Source: an uncultured Candidatus Saccharibacteria bacterium | Lineage (GTDB): Bacteria; Patescibacteriota; Minisyncoccia; Phycocordibacterales; Zambryskibacteraceae | DNA length: 64,000 nucleotides | Assembly: GCA_964347785.1 (NCBI GenBank) | Contig: CAYFZH010000001.1 | Span: forward strand, 35,589-99,588 | Direction: 5' to 3' | Shown here: positions 17,307 to 26,735 of the stretch, piece after piece | How the letters are laid out: each line of letters begins with the position of its first letter | How positions within the stretch are numbered: the first letter of the stretch is position 1 | Notes under the pieces: model-generated | What the model was told of the DNA's origin: nothing | Databases searched by the model: none | What the model saw: the letters and a program-made list of their open reading frames with translations, nothing else | Translations under genes and position numbers: made by a program

Positions 17307-19607
17307 GTGAAAGATTACGATCCGAAAGAAATAGAGAAGAAGTGGCAAGCAGAGTGGGAGAAGTCGGAGACCTCTAAGGCTCAAGAAGAAAGCGATGTGC
17401 CCAAGGAGTATCTCTTAGTAGAGTTCCCTTATCCGTCTGGCAACCTCCACGTCGGTCACTGGTACGCTTTCTCTGTGCCTGATATCAAGGCGAGGTTCGA
17501 GAGGATGAGAGGGAAGAACGTCTTTTTCCCTATAGGGTTCGACGCGTTCGGTCTCCCAGCAGAGAACGCAGCTATCAAGCGTGGACTCAACCCTCGTACT
17601 TGGACTCTCGACAACATCGCTTATATGAGAAACCAGCTTCGCTCGATGGGGGCGTCCTTCGACTGGTCTAGGGAGGTTATCACTTGTGAGCCGGAGTACT
17701 ACAAGTGGACACAGTGGCTCTTCCTCCAACTTTTCGACAAGGGTTTGGTCTACCAAGCAGAGAGGGAGGTGAACTGGTGTCCCAAGGACCTGACCGTGCT
17801 TGCTAACGAGCAGGTGATAAACGGTAAGTGCGAGCGTTGCGATACACTAGTCGAGAAGCGCAACATGCTCCAGTGGAATATAAAAATTACAGACTATGCT
17901 GACAGATTGATTGATGATCTCGAGGCGCTTGATTGGCCAAGGGCGATCAAGGAAAGTCAGAAGAACTGGATAGGCAGAAGTGAGGGAGCAGAGATAGAGT
18001 TCTCAATTCTCAATTCTCAATTTTCAGTTAAGGTCTTCACCACTCGACCCGACACAATCTATGGTGCGACTTATATGGTCCTTGCACCGGAGCATGAGCT
18101 GGTAGGGAAATTGAAATCAGAGATTTCTAACTTCTCTGAAGTTGAAGTTTATATCAACAAGACCAAGAACAAGACGGATATAGAGAGAAGTGCGGAGGGT
18201 AAGGAGAAGACAGGTGTCGAGCTCAAGGGAGTAAAAGCTATCAATCCTGCTAACAAAGAGGAGATACCTGTCTTTATCGCAGACTATGTCCTCCCTCACT
18301 ACGGTACGGGAGCGATCATGGCGGTACCTGCAGATGACGAGAGAGATAGAGAATTTGCCGAGGCTTATAAGTTGCAAATTGTTAAGGATTATCCAGAAGC
18401 AGGCTTCGAAGATTTCGGTCATAAGGTGACTAAGTTCAAACTCCGTGACTGGGTGGTCTCGAGGCAACGTTACTGGGGGGTACCGATACCTATGGCGCAT
18501 TGTGAGTCTTGTGGAGTTGTTCGTATACCAGATACTGATCTCCCTGTAGTCTTGCCCGAGATAGACGACTATCTACCCCACGACGACGGCAAGTCACCAC
18601 TTGCGAAGGCAGAATCTTGGGTAAATGTTAAATGTCCGAAGTGTGGAGGCTCGGCACAGAGAGACACAGATACGCTCGACACCTTCGTCGACTCTTCTTG
18701 GTATTACCTTAGATACACGGATCCAAAAAATACTGAAGCCTTCGCCTCTAGAGAACAGCTCGATAAATGGTTGCCCGTAGATCTCTACTCGGGCGGCTCG
18801 GAGCATACTACTATGCACCTTCTCTACTCGCGCTTCTGGCACAAGGCTCTCTATGACTGTGGACTAGTGCCACAGAGCGAACCATATCTCAAGAGGATGA
18901 ACAGAGGTCTCATCATGGGTCCAGATGGGCAGAAGATGAGTAAGTCCAAGGGCAACGTTATCGACCCAGACAAGGAGGTCGAGCGTCTAGGTGCTGACAC
19001 AGTGCGTATGTACCTCGCTTTCATCGGTCCTTACAACGAGGTCGGCTCTTATCCTTGGAACCCAGACGGCGCAGTGGGGGTGAGAAGGTTCCTCGAGAGA
19101 GTTTGGAGATTGGGACAGAAAGTTTCTAATTCTCCACTCCCAATTTCCAATGAATTTTCAATGCATCAGACGATAAAAAAAGTTGGAGAAGAAATTTCGT
19201 CAATGAAGATGAATACAGCAGTCTCTGCCCTGATGATCTTTACTAACGAACTCGACAAGAGAGAGAAAATTTCTCAAGAAGAATACGAAACCTTACTCAA
19301 GCTTCTCGCGCCGTTCGCTCCACACATGTCAGAAGAGCTTTGGCACACGCTGGGCCACACTACATCTATCCACACTGAAATCTGGCCGAAGTGGGATGAA
19401 AGCAAGCTCGTGTCGGACCAAGTTACACTCGTGGTACAGATAGACGGCAAGGTCAGGGCGCAGTTTCTCGCCTCTCCTGAGATGGCAGAAGATGAGGCTT
19501 ACCAGAGAGCACTTGAGTTGCCAGATGTGCAAAAGTGGGTTGGGGATAAGGAGGTCAAAAGGCGGGTCTATGTGAAGGGGAAATTGGTCAATCTGGTGGT
19601 ATCTTGA
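17307..19607 (+). CDS. leuS: Leucyl-tRNA synthetase
   Basis: HIGH (HVGH) and KMSKS motifs, plus CP1 editing-domain motifs (TTRPDT, GTGAIMAVPADDERD). 766 aa. GTG start. Confidence 0.95.
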   Translation: MKDYDPKEIEKKWQAEWEKSETSKAQEESDVPKEYLLVEFPYPSGNLHVGHWYAFSVPDIKARFERMRGKNVFFPIGFDAFGLPAENAAIKRGLNPRTWTLDNIAYMRNQLRSMGASFDWSREVITCEPEYYKWTQWLFLQLFDKGLVYQAEREVNWCPKDLTVLANEQVINGKCERCDTLVEKRNMLQWNIKITDYADRLIDDLEALDWPRAIKESQKNWIGRSEGAEIEFSILNSQFSVKVFTTRPDTIYGATYMVLAPEHELVGKLKSEISNFSEVEVYINKTKNKTDIERSAEGKEKTGVELKGVKAINPANKEEIPVFIADYVLPHYGTGAIMAVPADDERDREFAEAYKLQIVKDYPEAGFEDFGHKVTKFKLRDWVVSRQRYWGVPIPMAHCESCGVVRIPDTDLPVVLPEIDDYLPHDDGKSPLAKAESWVNVKCPKCGGSAQRDTDTLDTFVDSSWYYLRYTDPKNTEAFASREQLDKWLPVDLYSGGSEHTTMHLLYSRFWHKALYDCGLVPQSEPYLKRMNRGLIMGPDGQKMSKSKGNVIDPDKEVERLGADTVRMYLAFIGPYNEVGSYPWNPDGAVGVRRFLERVWRLGQKVSNSPLPISNEFSMHQTIKKVGEEISSMKMNTAVSALMIFTNELDKREKISQEEYETLLKLLAPFAPHMSEELWHTLGHTTSIHTEIWPKWDESKLVSDQVTLVVQIDGKVRAQFLASPEMAEDEAYQRALELPDVQKWVGDKEVKRRVYVKGKLVNLVVS

Positions 19608-19652
19608 CACGGTATTGACATATAAGTAGTGTAATGATACAAATAAGATTAC

Positions 19653-20690
19653 ATGATAGAAAAAACAGCCAGCTTCAAACCGAAGGAAGCCACCAAGAAA
19701 CTCTTGGGCGTCCTCACTAAGCGTGCTCAGGACGTGATTGTCTCTCGCTATGGTCTCGGTTCCAAGGCCACTCGTCTCACTCTCGACGCTATCGGCAAGA
19801 AGTACAGCATCACTCGCGAGCGTGTCCGCCAGATCGAGAACCACTCTCTCGTCACCATCAGGAAGTCCAAGGCTTATAAGGACCTCGAACCCGTCTTTAC
19901 CGAACTCAAGGCAATACTCATCGAGCTTGGTGGTCTAGTCTCTGAGAAGGATCTCCTCAAGCACCTGAGCAAGGACGTCTCTACACAGAACCATTTCCAC
20001 TTCCTACTTGTCATCGGCGAAGAGTTCAAGAAGGAGAAGGAAGACGACGAGTTCAAGCACCGCTGGCACGTGGACCCACAACTTCAGGGCAAGATTGAGT
20101 CTGCTCTCCGCAAACTTTACTCCAAGCTCTCTGACGACGAACTCGTCGTAGAAGGTGATCTGATCGAGGACTTCCTCGAAGAGGTCAAGGATATGAATGA
20201 GAAGTACAAGAACGAGGAAGTGATCAAGCGTTGGCTCTCTATCTCACACAAGATTGGCAAGAACCCTCTAGGTGAGTGGGGCAAGACCTCTTCTCCAAAT
20301 GTGAATGCCAAGGGTATGCGTGACTACGCCTTCCTCGTCATCAGGAAGCACGGTTCCCCAATCCACTTCAAGGAAGTGGCGAAGGCTATCGGTCAGTATT
20401 TCAATAAAAAGGCTCACGTTGCCACTACTCACAACGAGCTGATCAAGGATCCACGCTTCGTCCTTGTAGGACGCGGTCTCTATGCACTTGCTGAGTGGGG
20501 TTATATGTCTGGGGTAGTTAAGGATGTCATCCGTAAGATCATCGACAAGGACGGTCCTCTCACCAAGGAGAAGATTATCGACAAGGTACTCAAGGAGCGT
20601 TATGTGAAGGAGAACACTATTCTCGTCAATCTCCAGAACCCAAAGTTCTTCAAGAAGGACAAGGAAGGCAGGTATTCCAACGCGAGCTAA
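19653..20690 (+). CDS. Sigma-70 region-4 HTH protein with a C-terminal HARE-HTH-like winged helix
   Basis: N-terminal region-4.2-like segment (ITRERVRQIENHSLVTIRKS). C-terminal segment (HFKEVAKAIG..FVLVGRGLYALAEWGY) resembles HARE-HTH. No sigma regions 2 or 3. Confidence 0.6.
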   Translation: MIEKTASFKPKEATKKLLGVLTKRAQDVIVSRYGLGSKATRLTLDAIGKKYSITRERVRQIENHSLVTIRKSKAYKDLEPVFTELKAILIELGGLVSEKDLLKHLSKDVSTQNHFHFLLVIGEEFKKEKEDDEFKHRWHVDPQLQGKIESALRKLYSKLSDDELVVEGDLIEDFLEEVKDMNEKYKNEEVIKRWLSISHKIGKNPLGEWGKTSSPNVNAKGMRDYAFLVIRKHGSPIHFKEVAKAIGQYFNKKAHVATTHNELIKDPRFVLVGRGLYALAEWGYMSGVVKDVIRKIIDKDGPLTKEKIIDKVLKERYVKENTILVNLQNPKFFKKDKEGRYSNAS

Positions 20691-20732
20691 GTTTCTCTCT
20701 TCTAACTTTTAGTTTTAGTGTAGAATAAAGTC

Positions 20733-21977
20733 ATGTTCGAAGACTTGTTCGCACTTTTCAAACACCCTTATTTCATCAAGGCTTTACGCATCTTCTGGTC
20801 TCTCTGGCCAGTGTGGGCACCTATCATCGCAGTCAAGGTTGCTTGGGAGTATTGGATGGACTATGTAAGACGCCTCTGGATACAGAAGAAGGGTTACCTC
20901 CTGCTTGAGATTAAGTTACCCAAAGACCAGCCCAAGAGTCCGGCGGCTATGGAGTTTGTCCTCCAAGGTATCTGGGAGAACGCTGGTATCTCTACTCCAG
21001 CAGATGCCTTCTGGGAAGGTAAGCTCCGTGAATGGTTCTCTCTCGAGATAGTGGCAGTGGGGGGAGAGGTGAGGTTCTTTATCTGGACCTTCCCTAGGTG
21101 GAAGAAGATTATCGAAGCGAGAATCTACGCCCAGTACCCAGGAGCGGAGGTCTATGAGGTCGACGACTATGCACTCAAGCTTCACTACGATCCTACTAAG
21201 GTAAGCATCTTTGCCGTCAATACTGAGCTCGTCAAGCCAGACGCGTATCCTATCAAGACATACATCGAGTATGAGCTCGACAAGAAGAAGGGAGATGAAC
21301 AAGAAGAGATTGTGGACCCTCTCACACCGGTGATCGAGTACCTAGGCACACTTGGACCAAGTGAGGTGGCGGGGATTCAGATTATGATCAGAGCTCATGC
21401 TTCCGAAGACTATATGTATGGTCGTCTGAGCAAGAAGAAGGACTGGCAGGGAGGTATCAAGGATGAGATCAAGAAGATGCTCAAGGAAGAGTCTCTGGTC
21501 GAGCAAGACAAGGACAAGCCAGCCAGCTTCCTCAACCTCACTAAGCTCCAGACCGACACGGTAAATGCTATCCAGAGGAACGCGGGCAAGCTCGCCTTCG
21601 ACACGATGATCCGCCTGCTCTACGTGGCACCCAAGGACACCTTCGAGAGTACGAGAGGGATGGGGATCATCGGCTCGATGCGCCAGTTCGGCTCGAGCAA
21701 TATGAACGGGATCAAGCCGAAGTTCTTCTCTACCACGCACGCATGGGAAGACTTCAACGACAGGACCAAGAGAGAGCGTCAGTCTACGTTTGTCGACGCT
21801 TACAAGAGGCGTTCCTTCTTCAGCACTCCGCACCAGAACTTGTTTGGCAAACCCTACATTCTCACTACAGAGGAGCTTGCTACACTCTTCCATCTCCCAG
21901 GAGCCGTCGCTACCACTCCGAGCCTTCGTCGTGCTCCAAGCAAGAAGGCCGAAGCCCCAGCCAATCTCCCTGTCTAG
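20733..21977 (+). CDS. Hypothetical protein (414 aa), N-terminal TM, translationally coupled to mltG
   Basis: ORF only. Its stop codon lies 2 nt before the mltG ATG. TAGAAT lies 6 nt upstream of the ATG. Confidence 0.5.
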   Translation: MFEDLFALFKHPYFIKALRIFWSLWPVWAPIIAVKVAWEYWMDYVRRLWIQKKGYLLLEIKLPKDQPKSPAAMEFVLQGIWENAGISTPADAFWEGKLREWFSLEIVAVGGEVRFFIWTFPRWKKIIEARIYAQYPGAEVYEVDDYALKLHYDPTKVSIFAVNTELVKPDAYPIKTYIEYELDKKKGDEQEEIVDPLTPVIEYLGTLGPSEVAGIQIMIRAHASEDYMYGRLSKKKDWQGGIKDEIKKMLKEESLVEQDKDKPASFLNLTKLQTDTVNAIQRNAGKLAFDTMIRLLYVAPKDTFESTRGMGIIGSMRQFGSSNMNGIKPKFFSTTHAWEDFNDRTKRERQSTFVDAYKRRSFFSTPHQNLFGKPYILTTEELATLFHLPGAVATTPSLRRAPSKKAEAPANLPV

Positions 21978-21979
21978 CA

Positions 21980-22861
21980 ATGATCGACCCGAAGCAGAAG
22001 AAATTTATAGTTCTAGGAGTGGTGTCGATTCTTTTTTTATTTCTAATTTGGAGTATTGCTCCACCGAGAAATTTCCCCAAGGATTCTATCTTGAGTATCC
22101 CCGATGGTTCGGGGCTCTACGTGGTAGGACAACTGCTAGAGCAAGAAGGGTTTATCCGCTCGCCATTCTGGTTCCGGAGCGTGGCTATTATGCTCTCTGG
22201 TGAGAGGAGGATGAAGGCGGGGCAATACTTCTTCGACACTCCAGAAAGCTCTGTGAAGCTCGCGTGGCGTATCCTCCACGGGGATTACAAGGTGGAGACG
22301 GTCAAGCTTACTATCCCAGAAGGATTTACAAACGAGAAGATCTCAGACCTCTTTGGAGAAAGGTTTACTCTCTTCGACAACACCACCTTCCTTGTCACGG
22401 CTCCAGAGGGATACCTCTTCCCTGACACATACTTCATCCAACTTACTGCAACGGCTTCCTCGACTATCAAACTAATGCAGGACAACTTCGATCGTAAGGT
22501 CTTGCCTCTCTTGCCCGAGATAGAGAAGTCCAAACATACGCTCCACGACATTGTGGTGATGGCGTCACTGATCGAAGGTGAGACTAACAATCAGAAGGAT
22601 AGGGAGATGGTCTCGAGTATTCTCTGGAAGAGACTAAGACTCGGGATGTTACTCCAAGTAGACGTAGAGAGGAAGACGTATGAGTTCAAGGGTCTACCAG
22701 AGAAACCTATCAATAACCCCGGACTCGCATCTATCAAGGCTGCTATCTATCCCACCACTACTCCGTATCTCTACTATTTGACAGGCAATGATGGGAAAAT
22801 GCATTATGCGAAGACATTTGATGAACACAAACAAAATATTGTGAAATACTTGACAAGATAG
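21980..22861 (+). CDS. mltG: Endolytic murein transglycosylase MltG (YceG family)
   Basis: N-terminal TM plus YceG motifs (EGYLFPDTY, MASLIEGE, NPGLASIKAA, YLYY). The ORF-track start at 21743 is an out-of-frame upstream extension. Confidence 0.8.
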   Translation: MIDPKQKKFIVLGVVSILFLFLIWSIAPPRNFPKDSILSIPDGSGLYVVGQLLEQEGFIRSPFWFRSVAIMLSGERRMKAGQYFFDTPESSVKLAWRILHGDYKVETVKLTIPEGFTNEKISDLFGERFTLFDNTTFLVTAPEGYLFPDTYFIQLTATASSTIKLMQDNFDRKVLPLLPEIEKSKHTLHDIVVMASLIEGETNNQKDREMVSSILWKRLRLGMLLQVDVERKTYEFKGLPEKPINNPGLASIKAAIYPTTTPYLYYLTGNDGKMHYAKTFDEHKQNIVKYLTR

Positions 22862-22899
22862 GCATTTGAGTGTATTTTCATGAAAGGAGGCTAAGTTAG

Positions 22900-23307
22900 A
22901 TGAAAAAGTTCATGCTGTTCCTCGTACTGCTGGTATATGCCATCGGTGTGAATTTCTGTGGAAGCTGGCTTCTCAGTGGTCACTTCAGACTCACAGACAT
23001 CCGTAATCCTGGCGATGTCGTACTTCTGGTGGTGGAGACAATCATTCTCCTCATCTTTTGTAAGGGGAGCTGGGCAAATCATGAAATCCCGTTTTCTCGA
23101 ACGATCACTGTGGTCTTTGGCATTGCCGGGCTCATGGTCAGTAATTATCTCGCTATCGTGTTTGTCGACGGAGGTTTCTCTACGAGCATGGCGTTGGAGT
23201 GGTACTACTTCCGTTTGTACCTACTCATGATCCTGCCGGTGGCGTTTTTTGGTCATCACACCGGCACGGTCTGGGTGGGTAACCTGGGTTGCCCATCAAA
23301 AGTCTAG
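22900..23307 (+). CDS. Hypothetical 4-TM membrane protein (135 aa)
   Basis: SD AAGGAGG, hydrophobic helices and a downstream terminator. Confidence 0.5.
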   Translation: MKKFMLFLVLLVYAIGVNFCGSWLLSGHFRLTDIRNPGDVVLLVVETIILLIFCKGSWANHEIPFSRTITVVFGIAGLMVSNYLAIVFVDGGFSTSMALEWYYFRLYLLMILPVAFFGHHTGTVWVGNLGCPSKV

Positions 23308-23321
23308 TTGTGGTATCAAGT

Positions 23322-23352
23322 GGCACTGGAGAAATCCAGTGCCTTTCGTTTT
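23322..23352 (+). terminator. Rho-independent terminator ggcactgga-gaaat-ccagtgcc followed by TTTCGTTTT
   Basis: Hairpin followed by a T-tract after ORF 22900..23307. Confidence 0.65.
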
Positions 23353-23384
23353 GGAAAAATACGTTAACAGACTATACTCATTTC

Positions 23385-24521
23385 ATGAAAAAGGTTTTTG
23401 TTGGACTTTCTGGTGGGGTAGATAGCGCTGTGTCAGCGGCGCTACTACAGGAGCAGGGGTATGACGTCACGGGCGTCTTTATCCGTGCATGGCAACCGGA
23501 CTGGCTTCCTTGTACTTGGCGAGAGGAGAGACGAGATGCGATGAAGGTGGCTATCGCTCTCGGCATACCGTTCCTCTTCCTCGACCTTGAGAAGGAGTAC
23601 AAGCAGGAGGTGGTAGATAAGATGCTCGATGAGTACAAGAAGAACAGGACGCCGAACCCAGACGTGCTTTGTAACAGAGAGATCAAGTTCGGTCACTTCT
23701 GGAAGTTCGCGAAGGAGATGGGTGCAGATTTTATTGCAACTGGTCATTATGCGAGAGTCGCACATGATTCTACTCGAAAAAACGCGCTATCGTCGTCTGC
23801 TGACGACGCACGCTCCACTGAGTCCGGTGACGTTTTTTCTCTGCAGAATCATGTGCTCTTAGAAAGTTTTGATAAAGAGAAAGATCAGTCCTACTTCTTG
23901 TGGACTTTGACAAAAAATGATTTGGAACACGTTTTGTTCCCTGTTGGAGATTTACAAAAGTCTGAGGTAAGGAAGCTGGCGAAGAAATTCAATTTGCCTG
24001 TTGCAGAGAAGAAGGATAGTCAGGGGATCTGCTTCATGGGCAATGTTTCTATGGAGGAGTTTCTCTCGCACTTCATCGAGACTAAGTCAGGGAAAGTTTT
24101 GAACACTGACGGAGAGGTGATCGGCAAGCACAAGGGTCTCGTCTACTACACCATCGGTGAGCGACACGGCTTCGAGGTGACGAAGAAGAGTGCTACCAGT
24201 GGTCCCTTCTATGTTGTGGGGAAAGATGTTAAGAAAAATATTCTAGTCGTCTCTGATAAGGAGTCAGAGATAGTGGAACTCTCGCCACGCAAGATCGCTC
24301 TCACCAAGGCAAGTTGGTCTCAAGTGCCAGATGTACCCAACCTCACTGCGCGCATTCGTTATAGGGGAGAGAAGCTACCTTGCAAACTCTCGCTTAAGGG
24401 TAAGAGACTTATGGTCGAGTTTGCTGAGCCGGTCCGCGGACTCTCGCTCGGGCAGTCTATCGTCTTCTATTCTGATGAAATCTGTCTCGGAGGAGCAGTG
24501 ATGGATAAAATAGTTTCTTGA
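23385..24521 (+). CDS. mnmA: tRNA-specific 2-thiouridylase MnmA
   Basis: PP-loop SGGVDSAV, catalytic Cys residues and KDQSYFL. TATACT lies 6 nt upstream of the ATG. The ORF-track start at 23289 is an upstream extension. Confidence 0.85.
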   Translation: MKKVFVGLSGGVDSAVSAALLQEQGYDVTGVFIRAWQPDWLPCTWREERRDAMKVAIALGIPFLFLDLEKEYKQEVVDKMLDEYKKNRTPNPDVLCNREIKFGHFWKFAKEMGADFIATGHYARVAHDSTRKNALSSSADDARSTESGDVFSLQNHVLLESFDKEKDQSYFLWTLTKNDLEHVLFPVGDLQKSEVRKLAKKFNLPVAEKKDSQGICFMGNVSMEEFLSHFIETKSGKVLNTDGEVIGKHKGLVYYTIGERHGFEVTKKSATSGPFYVVGKDVKKNILVVSDKESEIVELSPRKIALTKASWSQVPDVPNLTARIRYRGEKLPCKLSLKGKRLMVEFAEPVRGLSLGQSIVFYSDEICLGGAVMDKIVS

Positions 24522-24534
24522 TATACTTAGGGCT

Positions 24535-25374
24535 ATGTTAAGCGAGGCAGAAGATATCATTATAGTTAAGGAGAATGGCAAGCATGAGAGCTTCGACTCA
24601 GAGAAGCTTCGCTTCTCACTTCTGCACTCGGGTGCCTCAGAAGAATCTGTGGAGGAGGTGATGAGTCGTGTAGTCCCAGAGCTCAAGAGTGGTATGACCA
24701 CTCAAGATATCTACTCGCACGCCTTCGCTGTGCTCGAAGGGTTGAACAAGAAAGTGGCAAGGAGTTACTCACTTCGCCGAGCAGTGATGCAACTTGGACC
24801 CTCTGGCTTTCCCTTCGAGGACTTCGTAGCAGAGATCTTGCGTGCCAAAGGTTTCGAGTGCAAGACTCGTCAGACTGTGCTCGGTGGTTGCGTCCCACAC
24901 GAAGTGGACGTGGTCGCTTACAATGAGAAGAAGCTCATCATGGTCGAGGCGAAGTTCCACAACGAGCTTGGTATCAAGTCCGATATCAAGGTGGCACTCT
25001 ATATCAAGGCACGCTTCGATGATATAAGGGAAAACGTCTTCAACTACGGTAGAGACAACCGCAAGGTGACAGACAGCTGGCTTATCACCAATACCAAGTT
25101 CTCCTCTACTGCTATCCACTACGGCGAGTGCAACAACATGACCCTTATCGGATGGAACTATCCTGAGCATGGTAGTCTCCAAGATATGATCGAGAGTGAG
25201 CGGCTACACCCTCTCACTTGTCTCACCACCCTTTCTGATACAGAGAAGAAGAAACTTCTCGAGAGTGGGGTCGTACTCTGTAGTAATATTAAGTCTGATC
25301 CGGAGGTGCTGAAGAGACTTCTGGGGCAAGAATTTATCATCGAACCTGTGCTTAATGAAATAAACGAATTATGA
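24535..25374 (+). CDS. ATP-cone domain fused to a PD-(D/E)xK (Mrr-like) nuclease-fold domain
   Basis: N-terminal ATP-cone (IIVKENGKHESFDSEKLRFSL). Central candidate D..ExK motif (HEVDVVAY..LIMVEAKFH). TATACT lies 7 nt upstream of the ATG. Confidence 0.6.
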   Translation: MLSEAEDIIIVKENGKHESFDSEKLRFSLLHSGASEESVEEVMSRVVPELKSGMTTQDIYSHAFAVLEGLNKKVARSYSLRRAVMQLGPSGFPFEDFVAEILRAKGFECKTRQTVLGGCVPHEVDVVAYNEKKLIMVEAKFHNELGIKSDIKVALYIKARFDDIRENVFNYGRDNRKVTDSWLITNTKFSSTAIHYGECNNMTLIGWNYPEHGSLQDMIESERLHPLTCLTTLSDTEKKKLLESGVVLCSNIKSDPEVLKRLLGQEFIIEPVLNEINEL

Positions 25375-25823
25375 CCTTAAACCTTTTGACCTCGGGACCC
25401 TTTGTATATCTGGTAGTAGCTCTTCTCCTCGGTGCCGTCTTGGGACTCGAGAGAACTCTGGCTCACAAGACTGCCGGTGTGCGTACTTACGGACTAGTCT
25501 CGATGGGAGCGTGCCTCTTCGTCACTCTTGCTCGGATAGTGAGTCCAGCTGTCGACTTGTCTGCTCCGGGACAGATGTATATCTTGCAAGGGTTGATCAT
25601 CGGGATTGGGTTCGTCGGCGGAGGAGCTATCCTCCATGCACGAGATCATCACCAAGACCACACCTCGGGTCTCACTACCGCGGCGGGTCTCTGGGTGGCA
25701 GCAGGTATCGGCGCTACTGTGGGTTATGGACTCATGCAACTAGCCCTCTTTACCACTCTGGCTACACTAGTTGTCTTTACTCTTTTCTGGTTTATCGAAC
25801 ACAGAGTTCTAGCAGACAAATAA
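25371..25823 (+). CDS. mgtC: MgtC/SapB-family membrane protein
   Basis: MgtC N-terminal motif (GAVLGLERTLAHKTAGVRTYGLVSMGACLF). 4-nt ATGA overlap with the upstream gene. Confidence 0.7.
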   Translation: MTLNLLTSGPFVYLVVALLLGAVLGLERTLAHKTAGVRTYGLVSMGACLFVTLARIVSPAVDLSAPGQMYILQGLIIGIGFVGGGAILHARDHHQDHTSGLTTAAGLWVAAGIGATVGYGLMQLALFTTLATLVVFTLFWFIEHRVLADK

Positions 25824-25838
25824 TCCCTTCTCCTATGT

Positions 25839-26426
25839 ATGAGCGATAAGATTCTGGAGCTCAAGAAGATTGAGGAAGAAGTACTCGTTCTCAAGGATTC
25901 TCCCCTCTACTCTCTACGTGTGGACAATAGTTATCTCCCTGTTACAGGAGAGGGGAGTTGTGATGCACGAATTATGTTTGTCGGCGAAGCTCCGGGGGAG
26001 AATGAGGCGAAGACGGGGAGACCCTTCTGTGGGCGATCTGGCAAACTTCTCGACACCCTTCTTGAGTCTGTGGGTGTACGGCGCGAAGATGTCTATATCA
26101 CGAACATCGTGAAGGACCGTCCACCCAAGAACCGTGACCCTCTTCCAGAGGAGATTTCTCTCTACGCACCCTTCCTCGATCGGCAGATAGAGATCATTAA
26201 GCCTAAGGTGGTAGTCACTCTCGGACGCTTCTCTATGATGTATGTGATGAGTCGTTACGGATTTGAGAGTGAGCTTGCTCCTATAGGTGAGCTTCATGGC
26301 AAAGTATTCCAAGGTCAGACCTTTAAACTCATCCCGCTCTATCACCCAGCAGCCGCTATTTATAATCAGAAACTTCTAGAAACTCTTCGGAGTGATTTCC
26401 AAATTTTGAAAAGAGTGGTAATCTAG
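25839..26426 (+). CDS. Uracil-DNA glycosylase, family 4
   Basis: UDG family-4 motifs (GEAPGENEAKTGRPFCGRSG, HPAA). Confidence 0.8.
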   Translation: MSDKILELKKIEEEVLVLKDSPLYSLRVDNSYLPVTGEGSCDARIMFVGEAPGENEAKTGRPFCGRSGKLLDTLLESVGVRREDVYITNIVKDRPPKNRDPLPEEISLYAPFLDRQIEIIKPKVVVTLGRFSMMYVMSRYGFESELAPIGELHGKVFQGQTFKLIPLYHPAAAIYNQKLLETLRSDFQILKRVVI

Positions 26427-26459
26427 TGGATTAGACATGTTCCCAAGGAGGGTCTGTCT

Positions 26460-26687
26460 ATGTGTGTGCATCCACCATCGCTTCTACGGCGTACCGAAAC
26501 CCCTGGTATTACGCGGTGTCTCGAATGTGGTGACACGCACAAGTGCGATCACCCTCAGTCTCGACAGACGGCAGGTCACGAGATCACCGTTTGCGCTGCT
26601 TGCGACGAGATCACGGCGTTCGACAGGGTCGTGCTCGTCGCACAGCCTTCGAGGATGGTTTACCCACCAAGCCATCTTCACCACTGA
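26460..26687 (+). CDS. GC-rich micro-protein with a CxxC-x17-CxxC zinc ribbon (75 aa), tentative
   Basis: Strong SD AAGGAGGG 7 nt upstream of the ATG, and a terminator immediately downstream. The region is about 60% GC with ORFs open in several frames, so a structured RNA cannot be excluded. Confidence 0.4.
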   Translation: MCVHPPSLLRRTETPGITRCLECGDTHKCDHPQSRQTAGHEITVCAACDEITAFDRVVLVAQPSRMVYPPSHLHH

Positions 26688-26693
26688 TTCCAC

Positions 26694-26735
26694 CGGCACC
26701 CCACGCGCGAAGCGTCGGGTGCCGTTCTATTTTTA
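26694..26735 (+). terminator. Rho-independent terminator (compound hairpin ccggcaccc..gggtgccg followed by TTCTATTTTT)
   Basis: Hairpin followed by a T5 tract just upstream of alaS. Confidence 0.6.

Noticed and set aside
21342-21980. 212-aa minus-strand ORF antisense to gene 20733..21977
   Set aside because: No start signals. It is the antisense frame of a protein-coding region with coherent plus-strand coupling to mltG.
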